DNA of 62,862 nt, counting the filler, from Vannella sp. (Eukaryota): the NCBI GenBank assembly GCA_023345925.1. It is 7 parts of 7 records of this genome, joined end to end, with 100 filler letters (N's around TTAATTAATTAA, not from the genome) between each part and the next. Parts side by side here need not be neighbours in the genome. Positions count along the whole stretch, not along the records: positions 21,302 to 36,122 come from JAJQQN010000442.1; 6 more parts are not named here. One strand, written 5' to 3'. The position numbers and the translations under genes are program-made. The stretch's first letter is position 1. The number at the start of each line of letters is the position of its first letter. The notes under the pieces are model-generated. The model ran no database searches. It had not been told where the DNA came from and saw only the letters and a list, made by a program, of their open reading frames with translations. Below are positions 23,845 to 35,228 of this stretch, one piece after another.

Positions 23845-25940
23845 TTAGTTTTGGGGGTTTGGTTGGAGTTGCTGGAGAAATGGTCCCAATTGGAGCGGGT
23901 CTACGCCATGAGCAAACTCCTTCATCATATGGATGGGGTTGGAAGCGCCTCCTTTGCTCAGGATGGAGTGACGATAGCGTTGTCCCACACTCCGGTCGAG
24001 AACTCGCCCCTGGAATTGACTGGCAAAGAGATGGCTGCTGAATACACGGCAAAGTAGATAACAGTAATAACCTGACCCGTAGTAGATCTAAGCCTTTCAT
24101 CAGATCCACGCTTTAGCGAGGGAAGCGCATTCGTACCAAATGCGTGAATTGGGCCAAGTCCATTCCTCTCTTCTTCAGCATTCGGTGGACTGCCAAAGGC
24201 TTCCCAGCATGACTCTTTACTAGTTGCTGTTCCAATTGTCTCCAGGGGAGTTCTATTCCTTGATGGTGGACAATCTATCCGAGTGGGTGAGCTCGAAGGA
24301 TTGTCGAATGTTCAGATAGAACTTACGAGGTCAAATTTAGATAGAATGACCTCACTCTTGGTATGGAATAGAGCCTGACTGACGGACTCTTTCATGTACT
24401 CTCCAAAGACGCCTTCTGAAAGAGGACGTCGCGAGTTACAGTGAGAAGCAAACCGTGAGAGAAACGAAAAGTCCTGAAGAAAGTGTTCCATCAAAGTGGA
24501 GGGCGCTTCCACGTAATCTAAAGGCGAACGAACTCCAGCGAGGTGCTGATAGCGGGTGCGAGAGAAAAGAACATTCAGGACATGCCCGAACTCATGAAAC
24601 AGAGTTCTGGCTTGGGAGAATTGTAAGGCATATTGCGTATCACTTAAGAGACTCAGAGCCACGCAAGCATGAGGAACTGTTTGCCCATTATTCTCTGTAT
24701 GAAAGTTGATGCAGAATGTGGCGGCTCCGTTGAACTTTCCCGTTCTCTCAAACAGATCTGCATTTCCTCTCCTCTGTTAGAGAGGGCCCCTTTGGATAAG
24801 TCTGCAACCTACCAAGATAGACCACTCCAGCTAAAGATTGGTCTTCTTCAATCAGTTCCAACCGGAACACGGAAGGATGCCAGTTCTCGTCGGGATGGAA
24901 CTGAGTCACTCTCAATTCGACCCCAAATTGGCTGCTCACAAGCAAATGGAGACCTTCCATGCACTTTCCTACGCTCAGAAACTAGAGATCTCTGTAAACA
25001 TACCAATGAGAGGAGCAAGGGAGCAGCTTACATCGTCCAAATGGTCCACAAAAGGATTAAAGTTGTCCCGAATGGAAAGGGGTTTGGTGTTGATGGCTGG
25101 CAGCTCATCCAAACGAGCGTCCAGACCGTCCAGAAAGTCAATGGCGGCGCCAGGCTCTTTAAAGAGTGCCCGTTCGTGCATTGTCATGTCACCATAGGAG
25201 CGGAACTCCTGCATCTTGGCCAGCTCTTGGCGCTTCTGGACGATGGAGTGGAGCAGATCCAATCGTTGAGCTTCACTAACCTCAGTGCCTCCGTAAAGAA
25301 GGCGCTCTCCATCAGAGATCAGCTGGTGGATCTGCGACTGCGCGTGGATCACTCTTTGTCGAGACTCCTGGTCCTGGTGCAGTCCCTGAGAGCGAAACTG
25401 AGTTAAGAGAGAGTCTAGTGTGTAGAGTTGCTCTTCTGAAAGCGTCTTGAGCACTTCTGGAGCGTCAGCGATGGCTTGTGTTGAATGGAGAAGTCGCGGG
25501 TCGCTGTTCAGCTCGCTGATCAGTCTCTGAAGGTAGAGGTGGGCGTCTGAAGCAGCTGCAGACCAAGACTGATCAGGATGCACTTGAGAGGCCAGCTGAG
25601 AACTGTCTGCCACGCCACAAAGCAACTCGGACATCAGATCGAGTTGTTCTAGAATGCTGCCGGCCCTCTCTGTGGACATGGGGTGGGCATTCTCTCCAAG
25701 AGCTACTATCTCATCACGTACTCGCTTCACCTTCTCTTCTGCTCGCTGGGCAAGGCGCGCAAAGTCTGAAGGTTCCAAAAGGCCTTCCCTACCGAACAGC
25801 CCGCGCCTTCTGTCCTCTTCAAAGTACAGAGAGTGCGAAGGGAGCGCCTTTGGAGTGTTCTTTGGGACCTCATCGCCATCAAGGACCCTCTGCAGATGGG
25901 AACACCGCCGTACAACCACCCGACACCCGCGCAGCGCCAT
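23845..25940 (-). CDS. MIP: mitochondrial intermediate peptidase (M3 metallopeptidase), about 5 exons
   Basis: Mitochondrial-type N-terminus, GLFG..L..P..F, LC.VAD, TLFHEFGH, SRTRYQHLAG.R...DYVE.PS.LME, and spliced C-terminal FTHL.YYGSGYY..GQRYR..IL.KGG. Confidence 0.9.
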
Positions 25941-26154
25941 CCTTCAAATGATCCCCCAAACAGAGAGGAGAAGCGGCTCAGGAATGCCCATTCCCTCCTC
26001 CTGCGAGTTAGGAATGGCCAATCTGCTCTCTCCAGAAGGACTCCCTCCACAACAAGGGAGCTTAGCTTGTTTGGATTCCTTCATCGTTGTGAGTGGCAGA
26101 GTGGACTACGCCAGAAGATGGGAAAAGAGCCATTCTTGGTTGGCGGGCGCTGGG

Positions 26155-29147
26155 ATGGGGGCCCAGCACTCTCACCTCCTTTATCAGGTTCCTTCGCCTG
26201 CCACTTACTCGGAGGACTTGCCGCAGCTACAGTGGGTGGAAGGTGAGGGAATGCGCATCCCGTTAGTCCATCAGGAGTGGAAGAGCCCGCAGGGGAAAGC
26301 GTACGTTCCCAAGCGCACTCCTTCCGCCCTCTGCTCACCAGGACCTGGCCATCCAGTGCTATATTTACAGTCCTCTACGTTGGCGCTCACTATCAAGACC
26401 TCGGTGGCGCCCTCACTTGGCTGAGGACTCTTCAATTGACCCTCCAAGTGAGCAGACCTCCCTTCCCCTCTCCTCCACTCACTAATGGACTCCAGGTTAG
26501 TATCGTGGCATTCGACTATCCTGGATATGGTCTCCATACCGGAGAACCCTCAGAAAAGGGGCTCAACAATGCTGCAAGAGTAGTGTACCAACATGTCCTC
26601 AACTCTCTCAACGTGCCAGCCTCTCGCCTGATTGTGTATGAACCCAAAGCATTCTCACCTAGCATCTCACACTCTCAAGTATCGGGAAAGGCTTAGGAGG
26701 CGCTGTAGCAGTGGAGACACTCGGAGAAGTTGAAGCTTCTGCCGGGAAAGGCGCCCGCTCAGCTGCAGGACTGGTTCTCATCACCCCATTCACTCACTTG
26801 GGACAGGTCGTAGGCTCTAACAAGCTCAAACTGGCCCGCGTGGATCTTTATGACACATCTCGGCGAATGGCGGCGCTCCATCTCCCCATCTTCGCCGCGC
26901 ACGGGCTGAACGACGAGGTTGTGGACATCAAGCTGGGTCGCAAAGCCGTCAGCCGTGCGCAAGACCTCTGGCAGATGCTCGAGATAGAGAGTGGCCACTA
27001 CGACATTGACCATTCTGACGATCTGGCGGACGAGCTGATTGCCTTTGTCGATCATGTGGGGGCCAGCGTCCCCGACTACCGCCCCAGAGTGATCCAAACC
27101 CGAGAAGTGCCGGCTGCTTATCGTAGAGAGCTTACAGTGGACAACTGGCTGCAGGGTTTGGGCTTATCTCGCTACTCGCAGACCTTCCTCGTCAACGGCT
27201 ACTTCAGCATGGACATTGTTCGCACTATGCAGGAGCTGGACCTCCTCGCTATGGGGATTGCGGATGTTTCGGACCAAAAGCTGCTTCTTTCTTCCATTGA
27301 GGAGTTGCGCGCTCCCACTGAAGCCACTTCCAGTGAGCGTGTGCAGCCGGAGCCTAAAGAACAGGGAGATGATGGCAAGGCCGAAGGGGATGTGGCTTTT
27401 GGCCCCATTCCGGTGAACCCTGAAGCCTTCACAACCATTCTCCAGTACTACGATTGCACCCCTTCCAAACAGGAGGCACAGGCAGGTGAGCCAAACGTGA
27501 GTTTCCTCTTGGCCCATTCTCACCTTCTCAGACCCGAAACTCGCCAAAAAGTGGGAACGGTTCATGTCGTACGCCAGCTCAGTCAATATTCCGTATTGGG
27601 AAGCAGACGAAGACCAGATCCTTTCGAGTGGCTTCTTTGGGCAAGTTGTGCGTTCCACCTGGCATGATCGCCCAGTCATCAAGCATCGCCTTCACTACAA
27701 AAAGAACCAATTTCGGACTTTCTGTCGGGATGCTCTCATCCTCTGGTAAGCCTTTGGCCCTCTTGAATCACCAAAAAGCTCAACTCACTCTTTTCCTTCC
27801 AGCCAATTGAAGCATTCTCACATCGTTGAAGTCATTGGAGCGTGCATGGAACGAGACGTGCCTCCTACGGTTGTCACAGAGTATCTGGAGGGAGGTTCTT
27901 TAACGCAATTACTTGAGAAACAGGAGGGAAAGCCACTTCCCATTAGTGAGCAGCTTGAATTGGCACTTGGAATCACTGCAGGCCTCCGTTATCTTCATAA
28001 CTGTACTCCACCAGTCATTCATCGAGACTTGAGCACCAATAACATCCTCCTGGCTCAAGGGAGGATGGCCAAACTAACTGATTTCGGAATGGGCCGGCCT
28101 CCCGCATTCCTTTACATGCCCCCGGAACTCTTTTGCAAGCAACCACATGGCACTTCTGGTGACATCTATTCTCTGGGACTGATCCTTTACTACTTAGTAA
28201 CGGGAGAACCTCCGTTCAAAGGGCTATCCGATGCAGAAGCTGCAACTCAAGCTGCCAAACTCCACGCTCGTCCTGTCATCCCCGAGTCTATTCCAACAGC
28301 TTGGCGTGATCTCATTCAATCCTGTTGGCACCGAAATCCCATGCAGCGCCCCACAGCAATTGAAGTTCACGAAAAGCTGTCGAAATTGGGGTCTGACAGA
28401 GCGGTTTCCGTTCCTCCCACTGCCAATGTGATCCCTCCCGCACCACGGCTTCTCGATACTTGGTCCTTAATCGATGTGTCACGGGAGACTGTGCTCGGAA
28501 AGAGTTATGTTTGCCATGCCAGCGGGAGCGAGCTGAACACCAGCGCTCTCTTACAATACCAACTGGGCCTTCTTGTGGGAGAGGCCAAGTACTCTGACTT
28601 TGTGATTGTGACCAGCGATCTCCAGCGGATTCCCACGCACCGCGCCATATTGGCTTCTCGAAGCCCCCACTTTGCAGCCCTGATTGAGGAGGCTGGGGAG
28701 GCACGAGAGATCGAAATAAGCGGTAAACATGCCACTCCAGCAGCTGTTCGCGCTCTCTTGGAGTTTCTTTACACCGGACACTTGGAGGTAAGGAACGAAA
28801 CCATCTACGATCTTATGGAAGCTGCCAGAAGGCTTCACATGACCCAAGCATTGGAAATCTGTCAGGAATTCGTGGAGGATAACGGTGTGCCTCTTCGTCT
28901 AGCATCACAAGAGAGCGGGGAATCAGGTGATGAGGGCTTACTCCGAATGCGGACTCTCACAGAAGGAATCATGAGCGTGGAAAGCAACTTGCTCGAGGTT
29001 GAGAGCGTTCTCGAGCTTCTGAACGAGAAACTGGAGAAAGTGACAAATCGGATGAGTGAGTTTCCCCTCTTTCTCGCCACATTCATTCCCTCATCATCCC
29101 TAATGAATGACTCTACAGCCAAACTTCCGGACTTGGCTGGCCGCTGA
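26155..29147 (+). CDS. multidomain protein: ABHD17-like alpha/beta hydrolase, SAM, TKL-type kinase, BTB/POZ, coiled coil; about 7 exons
   Basis: FDYPGYG..TGEPSE and HGLNDEVV; SAM VDNWLQGLGLSRY..F; IHRDL..NNIL, DFG, DIYSLG; BTB YSDF..HRAILASRS.HF..LEFLYTG. The GT-AG introns keep the frame. Alternative upstream ATG at 26014. Confidence 0.85.
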
Positions 29148-29281
29148 GTCACTCAATCATTTGGATCGAATAGATGGGAATCCACTTTAATCGCTCCTCT
29201 GACCGCCCCAACGTCTGTCGTATGTACATGGAAAAGGCATGAGATGGCCGCGCAATTCGGCGGGCCGCTCCACACACAACC

Positions 29282-30429
29282 TCAGCGGAAGGAAAGACCA
29301 GAAGGACTGTTCACCGGGGAATCCCATTCGCTATCCGAGACTGTGCGGTCGGGGGACATGCACAAAGGAGTGGCTGTTAAGCGAGTCCGTAATGCCTTGT
29401 GGAGCAAAGGAGAGTTCTCCTTGTCATAATCATCCCCAGCAGGGGATTGGGGGCTGCCCGTGTTCTGCGCGAAAGTGAGTTTCACTTCACATACGGCCCG
29501 CCAGCACCTACCTGGAACTTCTTCCGCAGTGCTTGAGCCAGGAAGCATTCACCCAACTGACTCTTGCGAACGGGAGTGCCTCCAGGAGAGCGATGGACCT
29601 GCACTTGGCGAAGATGGGCTTTCGAGGCCTGTCCGCTCGCAATCATATCCGTGAGGGATTGAGTCCTCACCATGCCAGAGGGGACCATGTGGCACACTGG
29701 TGTCTTGATGGGGACCGGTAGAGTGGTAGAGGGAGCCTCCAAGGCCGGCAACATGGGAGGAGGCGGGGGCGGAGCTATCACTGCCACCTTATCGGGGACA
29801 GGGGACTCGTCAAAGTTGGGAGCTGGAACGCGGAAAGGTCCTGCAGGAGGGCTCCAAGAGGGAGTGAGCATTGGAGCCTCTGAAGCCAGGCGTCGGACAA
29901 CAGCGGGGCCAGGGACCAACGCGATGGAGGGAGGCGGAGGCGGTAGGTTTTGGAAGGCTGAAGGAGGTGGTGGGGGCATTGCCATTGCTGGCTTCGCTAA
30001 AGAGGCCAACGATTCCTTCAGTGCAGCGAGTTCTTGTTCAAGCTGGGAGATCCGCTCTTGATCGACTTGTGTGGCTGGCACTTGCGGTTCAGAAGGAGTT
30101 AGTATCAAGTTGGAGTCTGTGAGATCTTCCATTGCTTCGTCAGCCTCCTCCTCTTGAGCCTCCGTGTCGACCTTAGTCGCAAAGAAGAGCCCATCACCAT
30201 TGGACTGCGAAACAGCCCAGCCGCTGCTTCCTCCGCTCTGACTTGTATGGAGACGGTGGTCTCTAGCCAACCGCCTCTTTCGCTTGATCTTGGCTTTCTT
30301 AATAGGCGAAGAAGGTCCCGCCATCGCTCTTTGGTGATTCCGTCGCGCTCCTTCCAGGGAAGGGGGAATTAGCAGATACTTGTACAGCCCTGCAACCTTA
30401 TCCATCACGCCTTGTACCATCTCTTTCAT
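29282..30429 (-). CDS. MTFR1/PRR11-like proline-rich protein, 2 exons
   Basis: Coiled coil ERISQLEQELAALKESL, poly-Pro tracts, then HLRQV..RSPGGTP...LAQALRKKFQ. Confidence 0.65.
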
Positions 30430-30684
30430 CTTCACAAGATAGAATAGCCTTCCCTTCACCCACAAACGGCACCCTTCCTTTCCCGCGCATTTCCCCCTCC
30501 CAAGTCCCAACTGCCTTCCAGCCTTCAGTAAATGGTGAATTGATAAAAAATCGCCCCCCCGTGGACTGCCTTCCACCAGCGCTTCATTCTTGAGCCGCAA
30601 TCTCACCATCATAATGACGCACTTGGATTATTCTGGGAGGAAGGAGGAAGCAAGTTTGGTCCATTTTCTTGTGGATCACCAGCC

Positions 30685-31014
30685 ATGGGCAAGACAGACA
30701 ACTCTCCTGAGCTCTACTCGGGCATTCAAACGTATGAAGGAGGATGGAACGAGTTTGAGGAGAGCGGAGGAGTCAAAACATTGCGGATCCACGGCAAAGC
30801 CTTCGCTTGGGGGAGCATTCTGACGTGCTTGTTCTGCTGCTTTGGGATTTTTGGTGTCTTTGCAGTTGAGCCTCAGAAGAGGCCCAGTTTCTATCGAGGA
30901 GCAACAACAGGCTGCGTCATTGTCACCATCATTTTGGTGATCTTTGGTCCTCCTCTCCTCCTTTCCCTTCTTCTTCTGGCCATCGATGGGAATAATCAGC
31001 CCCATGGTTTCTAA
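30685..31014 (+). CDS. small 2-TM hypothetical membrane protein
   Basis: ATG-initiated 109-aa ORF with two hydrophobic, Cys/Gly-rich helices. Confidence 0.55.
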   Translation: MGKTDNSPELYSGIQTYEGGWNEFEESGGVKTLRIHGKAFAWGSILTCLFCCFGIFGVFAVEPQKRPSFYRGATTGCVIVTIILVIFGPPLLLSLLLLAIDGNNQPHGF

Positions 31015-31314
31015 TCTTTCGAAAGCCAGCGAGCCCGCGGACCGGCCTTCTTCGGACCTGATTCGCCATAAACGGGCCTCTCCGCCCCTTCACTCCCTCC
31101 CTACCACCTCCTCCACTCTCTCCCACTTCCTCCCTCCACTCTCTCCTTCCCTGCACTCCCTCCCACTGCCTCCACTCCCTTCCAGTTCCTCCACTCCAAT
31201 CAAGACCGCCAAAAAGCTCATGTGAAGGAGTAGAGTCAATGAGTCATCCAATTTCTCGTGCAATGCGTTGCTGAGTGAGTGAAAAGGGACCCTCATTGCC
31301 TGAGTCATTGGTTG

Positions 31315-34300
31315 ATGGCGCGGGGTTGGTGGCAATGCTTGGTCCTCTTCTTGGCCCTTGCAATGGTCCAGGGACAGGGAAGTTCATACGTTTGGGGGTT
31401 TGACGATGCATTGGGTGACGAGGCTGCCAGCGATTACGCCATCGGTATGGAGGGAGAGAACTTGTTCGATCTCCACCGATTTCAGGTTTCAAGTGAAAGA
31501 GAGGGCTCCATCCTCTTCACCTTTGAGTTGGTCAACCTTCCCAACCCCCTACAATTGCCGTTAGGGTTCAGTTACCCTCTCATTCATGTCTACATCCACC
31601 CGGGAGGTCCTGGTTCATGGCGCGTTCACACTCCCCCTCATGCGCGCCGTTCTCCTCTCAGCAACCCAGGAGTGGCCCTCGACCCGCGCTACTATTGGGT
31701 TCATATGGTAGGAGCTCTTCCTCAGCCCTAACCTGCCAGGTCTGACAAGGCGCAGTTGGAACTACAAGGGAACCGCGCAGCGATCTTCGGAACTGACGGC
31801 CTTCAAGAGGGCGTGGAGGTCACTGTGTCAAAAGAAGATAACTCTGTTGTAGTAGAGATCCCTTCCGTCGCTCTTGGGGGCCAACCCACGGAGTTATGGA
31901 GCTTCTCTGTGCTCGTTGGAGCTCTGGACACCTCTGCTGGGCTCCTCCCTGGTAGGATCCCCTGGACTAACAACAAGGGACTCCTTCTAACCCATTCGTA
32001 GCAAGACCGAGTGCGTTCCTCCCCAGAGAGAAGGAGTCCAGCTACCACTCGCTGGGAGGGGGCGAGGACGGTCCGTCTGACCCAAACATCCTCGATCTTC
32101 TTCCTCCTCTCTCAGCAGCAAGGAGCCAAAGCTTCATTCTTAACAGCTATTGCGCTCGAGAGGGTCTCCTTGCCACTGTTCCAACGATAAGCCAGCACAA
32201 TCCGCCCTATCTCACCTCTCCAGCCCCAAAGGAAGTCGCTGCAGAGACAGGAGGGACTTTATGCTTTAACTCGTCCTACCAAACCTCTCCGCCTTCGCGC
32301 TACTCTCATAACAACGAAGAAGGCAACGAATGGACCGCACTTCTGAGAGTAGAAGGAGAACTGCCCGAACTTGGCCCTGACGAGCCTCGTCTACTCTTCC
32401 AGATCGAAGAGATCTCTAATTGCACACTACGCCTTGCAATCCGCCCTGCGGGGAAGGAGAGATGGGAGCTTCCGGTAGTGAGGGACTCTCAAAGCGTTCA
32501 TGAGTGCACAGAAAACCTCTTCGCCTGGGAGAAGAGCGGAGACGCTATCAAGGTGAAGCGACTTTCTACTGGAAAGACCCTTTTCGACTCTTCTTCCTTT
32601 GCTGGAAGTCCTTTACGGGGACTTATCTACAAGGAGCATTACTTGGAGATCAGCACTCAACTGGACCCACGCTCTTCTCTCTATGGCTTAGGAGAGAGGA
32701 CTAGTCTCTTGGAACTTCCTCGGGATGGAAGAGACCTTGCAATGTTCAATGTGGACCGAGGAACACCTCCAGGGGAAGGGATTTATGGTACCCACCCTTT
32801 CTACGTCGAGATACAGACTGACGGGAATGCTCACGGCGTATTCATGGCCAATAATATGGCGCAAGCAGTCACCCTTGCACCTAATCGACTAACTTGGAAG
32901 CTTGGAGGAGGAATCATTGATCTCTACTTTTTCCTGGGACCTTCTGTCGAACACGTAGCTCGGCAATACCACAGCATTATTGGTCATCCAGTAGTTCCTC
33001 CTTTCTGGTCGTTGGGATTCCATCAATCGAGATGGGGTTACGAGTCTGTTGAGGACATGCGGCAGGTTGTTGCCAATTACACTGCCCATGGCCTCCCTTT
33101 GGATACACTTTGGTCTGACATTGACTACATGGACCACTACAAGCTGTTTACATTGGACCCAGTGGCATTTCCTGAGCCACAACTGAAGGCTCTCCTCGAA
33201 GACCTTCACGAAAAAGACCAACATTGGGTCATGATTGTTGACCCTGGCATCAAAAGGGAATCTGGCTATCCCGCGTATGAGATCGCACTACAAGAAGGAC
33301 TGTTCATAATGGATCGCACAGGAAGGACTCCTGCATTAGGGAAAGTCTGGCCCGGACTGGTGAACTTTGTGGACTTTTGGAACCCAAACGCAACTCGCTT
33401 TTGGACCGACCAACTTTCAGCCTTCCATGAGAGGGCACCTTTTGATGGCATTTGGATTGACATGAACGAGATTGCGAACTTTTGCGATGGCCACTGTCTT
33501 ATGGGGGATGTCGAGGACACACCCACTCGTACCAATGACGACGAGTTATTTCAGTGCCTCTGTGATGAGGTTGACTATGATCCGCTTGACTTTCCTCCTC
33601 TTCATGCCGGTGGATTAGCCCCGGATTCGAGCACATTGAGTATGGCTGCTCAACACTGGGGAGGAGTTACCGAAGCTAAATTGCATAACCTCTACGGCCT
33701 TCTGGAATCCCGAGCAAGTCAGGCAGCAATGGAGACTATCAGAGGGGAGCGCGCTTTTGTTCTTAGCCGCGCCACCTTTTCAGGAAATGGCCGCTTCGCG
33801 GCCCATTGGCTGGGCGATAATAACGCTCAATGGGAAGATCTCCGTGCCTCTTTAAGTGGAGTAGTACTGATGAGTTTATTCGGGGTGCCCATGGTAGGAG
33901 CAGACGTTTGCGGCTTTGGCGGAAATAGCAATGCAGAGTTATGTGCTAGATGGATGCAAGCTGGAGTGTTTTATCCTTTCTATCGCAATCACAATGCCAT
34001 TGGAAGCCGCTCTCAAGAACCATATGCCTTTGGGAAAACTGTCACAGAAATAGCCCGTCAAGCACTCCTGCTGAGGTACTCTTTGATCACTTTCTTCTAC
34101 TCTCATCTCATAGACATCTCTCTCCATGGGGGAATGTTGGTAGATGCGCCTGCCTTCCTGTTCCCACAGGATGAGCAAATTCGCAACCTCGACAGCCAGA
34201 TCATTCTGGGCAAATCTCTGATGGCTGCGCCGGTCATGACTCCAGGTGCCACTGATCACAAAGTCTACTTCCCGTCTGCCTCTGCTTGGTACAACTTCTT

Positions 34301-35084
34301 CACTGGCGAGTTGATTGTGAGGAACTCCCTGCGCAACTCTTCGTCAGGCTTTTGGGTGGAGTTCAATCAAGTCACTTTGGCAGACATGTTTGTCTTCATT
34401 CGAGGAGGACATTTAGTGATTGTGCAGGAGCCTGAAATGACTTCGAAAGCAACCCAAAAGAATCCTTTGGACCTCATCATCGCAATAGATCCTGAAGCAG
34501 CCTTCCACGGAAGATTTATGATGGACGATGGAGTCTCCATCCATTCTGGAGTGACTCAATGGGAAGTGCGAGTGCAGGAATACGATTATGGCGTGGGAGA
34601 AGTGAAAATCAATTGCACTGTAACCGATTACCAGCCATTAGAGCCGATCCTACTTCGCAACATCACAATCTATGGCGTTCGAGAACCGACTAACTTGGTT
34701 CTACTGGGCACTCAGGAGGTACCATTCATTTATGACCCTCACATGCGCACTCTTGTGATCTTGTTGAACTTAGTCTTGATCGGCGGTGAGTCCCCGACCA
34801 GCCATCCTCTTTCCTGGGACATTGCTTGGGGATGGGAAAACAAAACGAAGCAGCCCCTTCTTGAGCGGATCTGCATTCTGACAGGAAGTCTTCTCTTCTG
34901 TGTGGCATTACTTTCTCTGCTCTCCCTGGCCATCCACTCTTGCGGAAGAAGGAAACCTAAATGGTGCACGTCCTGGAAAGTGAGATTCCCTTCCATCCCA
35001 ACAGTTCGCGGCTCTCCTTCTGGTCCAGAGAGCATCGAACTCACCGAAATCGAAGACAATTCGTTCTCCGAGGAGCAGAGTTGA
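31315..35084 (+). CDS. type I membrane GH31 alpha-glucosidase with N-terminal Glucodextran_C-like (DOMON-like) domain, 3 exons
   Basis: Signal peptide, YGLGE, YGTHPFY, WIDMNE (nucleophile), HWLGDN (acid/base), GADVCGF, YRNHN and a C-terminal TM. Introns at ~31708-31755 and ~31952-32001 keep the frame into ORF 32478. Confidence 0.92.
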
Positions 35085-35228
35085 GCTGATTCCCGTTTCC
35101 ACATCATGAGAGAGCTCAATAAAGACTCTTCCAATAAGCCAATCGTCTCCGCAAACTTTGTGTTCGTGGTGAAGAGGTCGAGATGGGCACTTTGTTGAAC
35201 GAGTCAGTTTATTGTGCTAAGATGATAC

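Noticed and set aside
23745..23845. ATGATGA box C-like motif between AMT1 and MIP
   Set aside because: There is no downstream CTGA box D and no rRNA complementarity.
23827..24116. Small plus-strand ORF as a separate gene
   Set aside because: The region is the last exon of MIP on the minus strand (YYGSGYY..GQRYR..GG).
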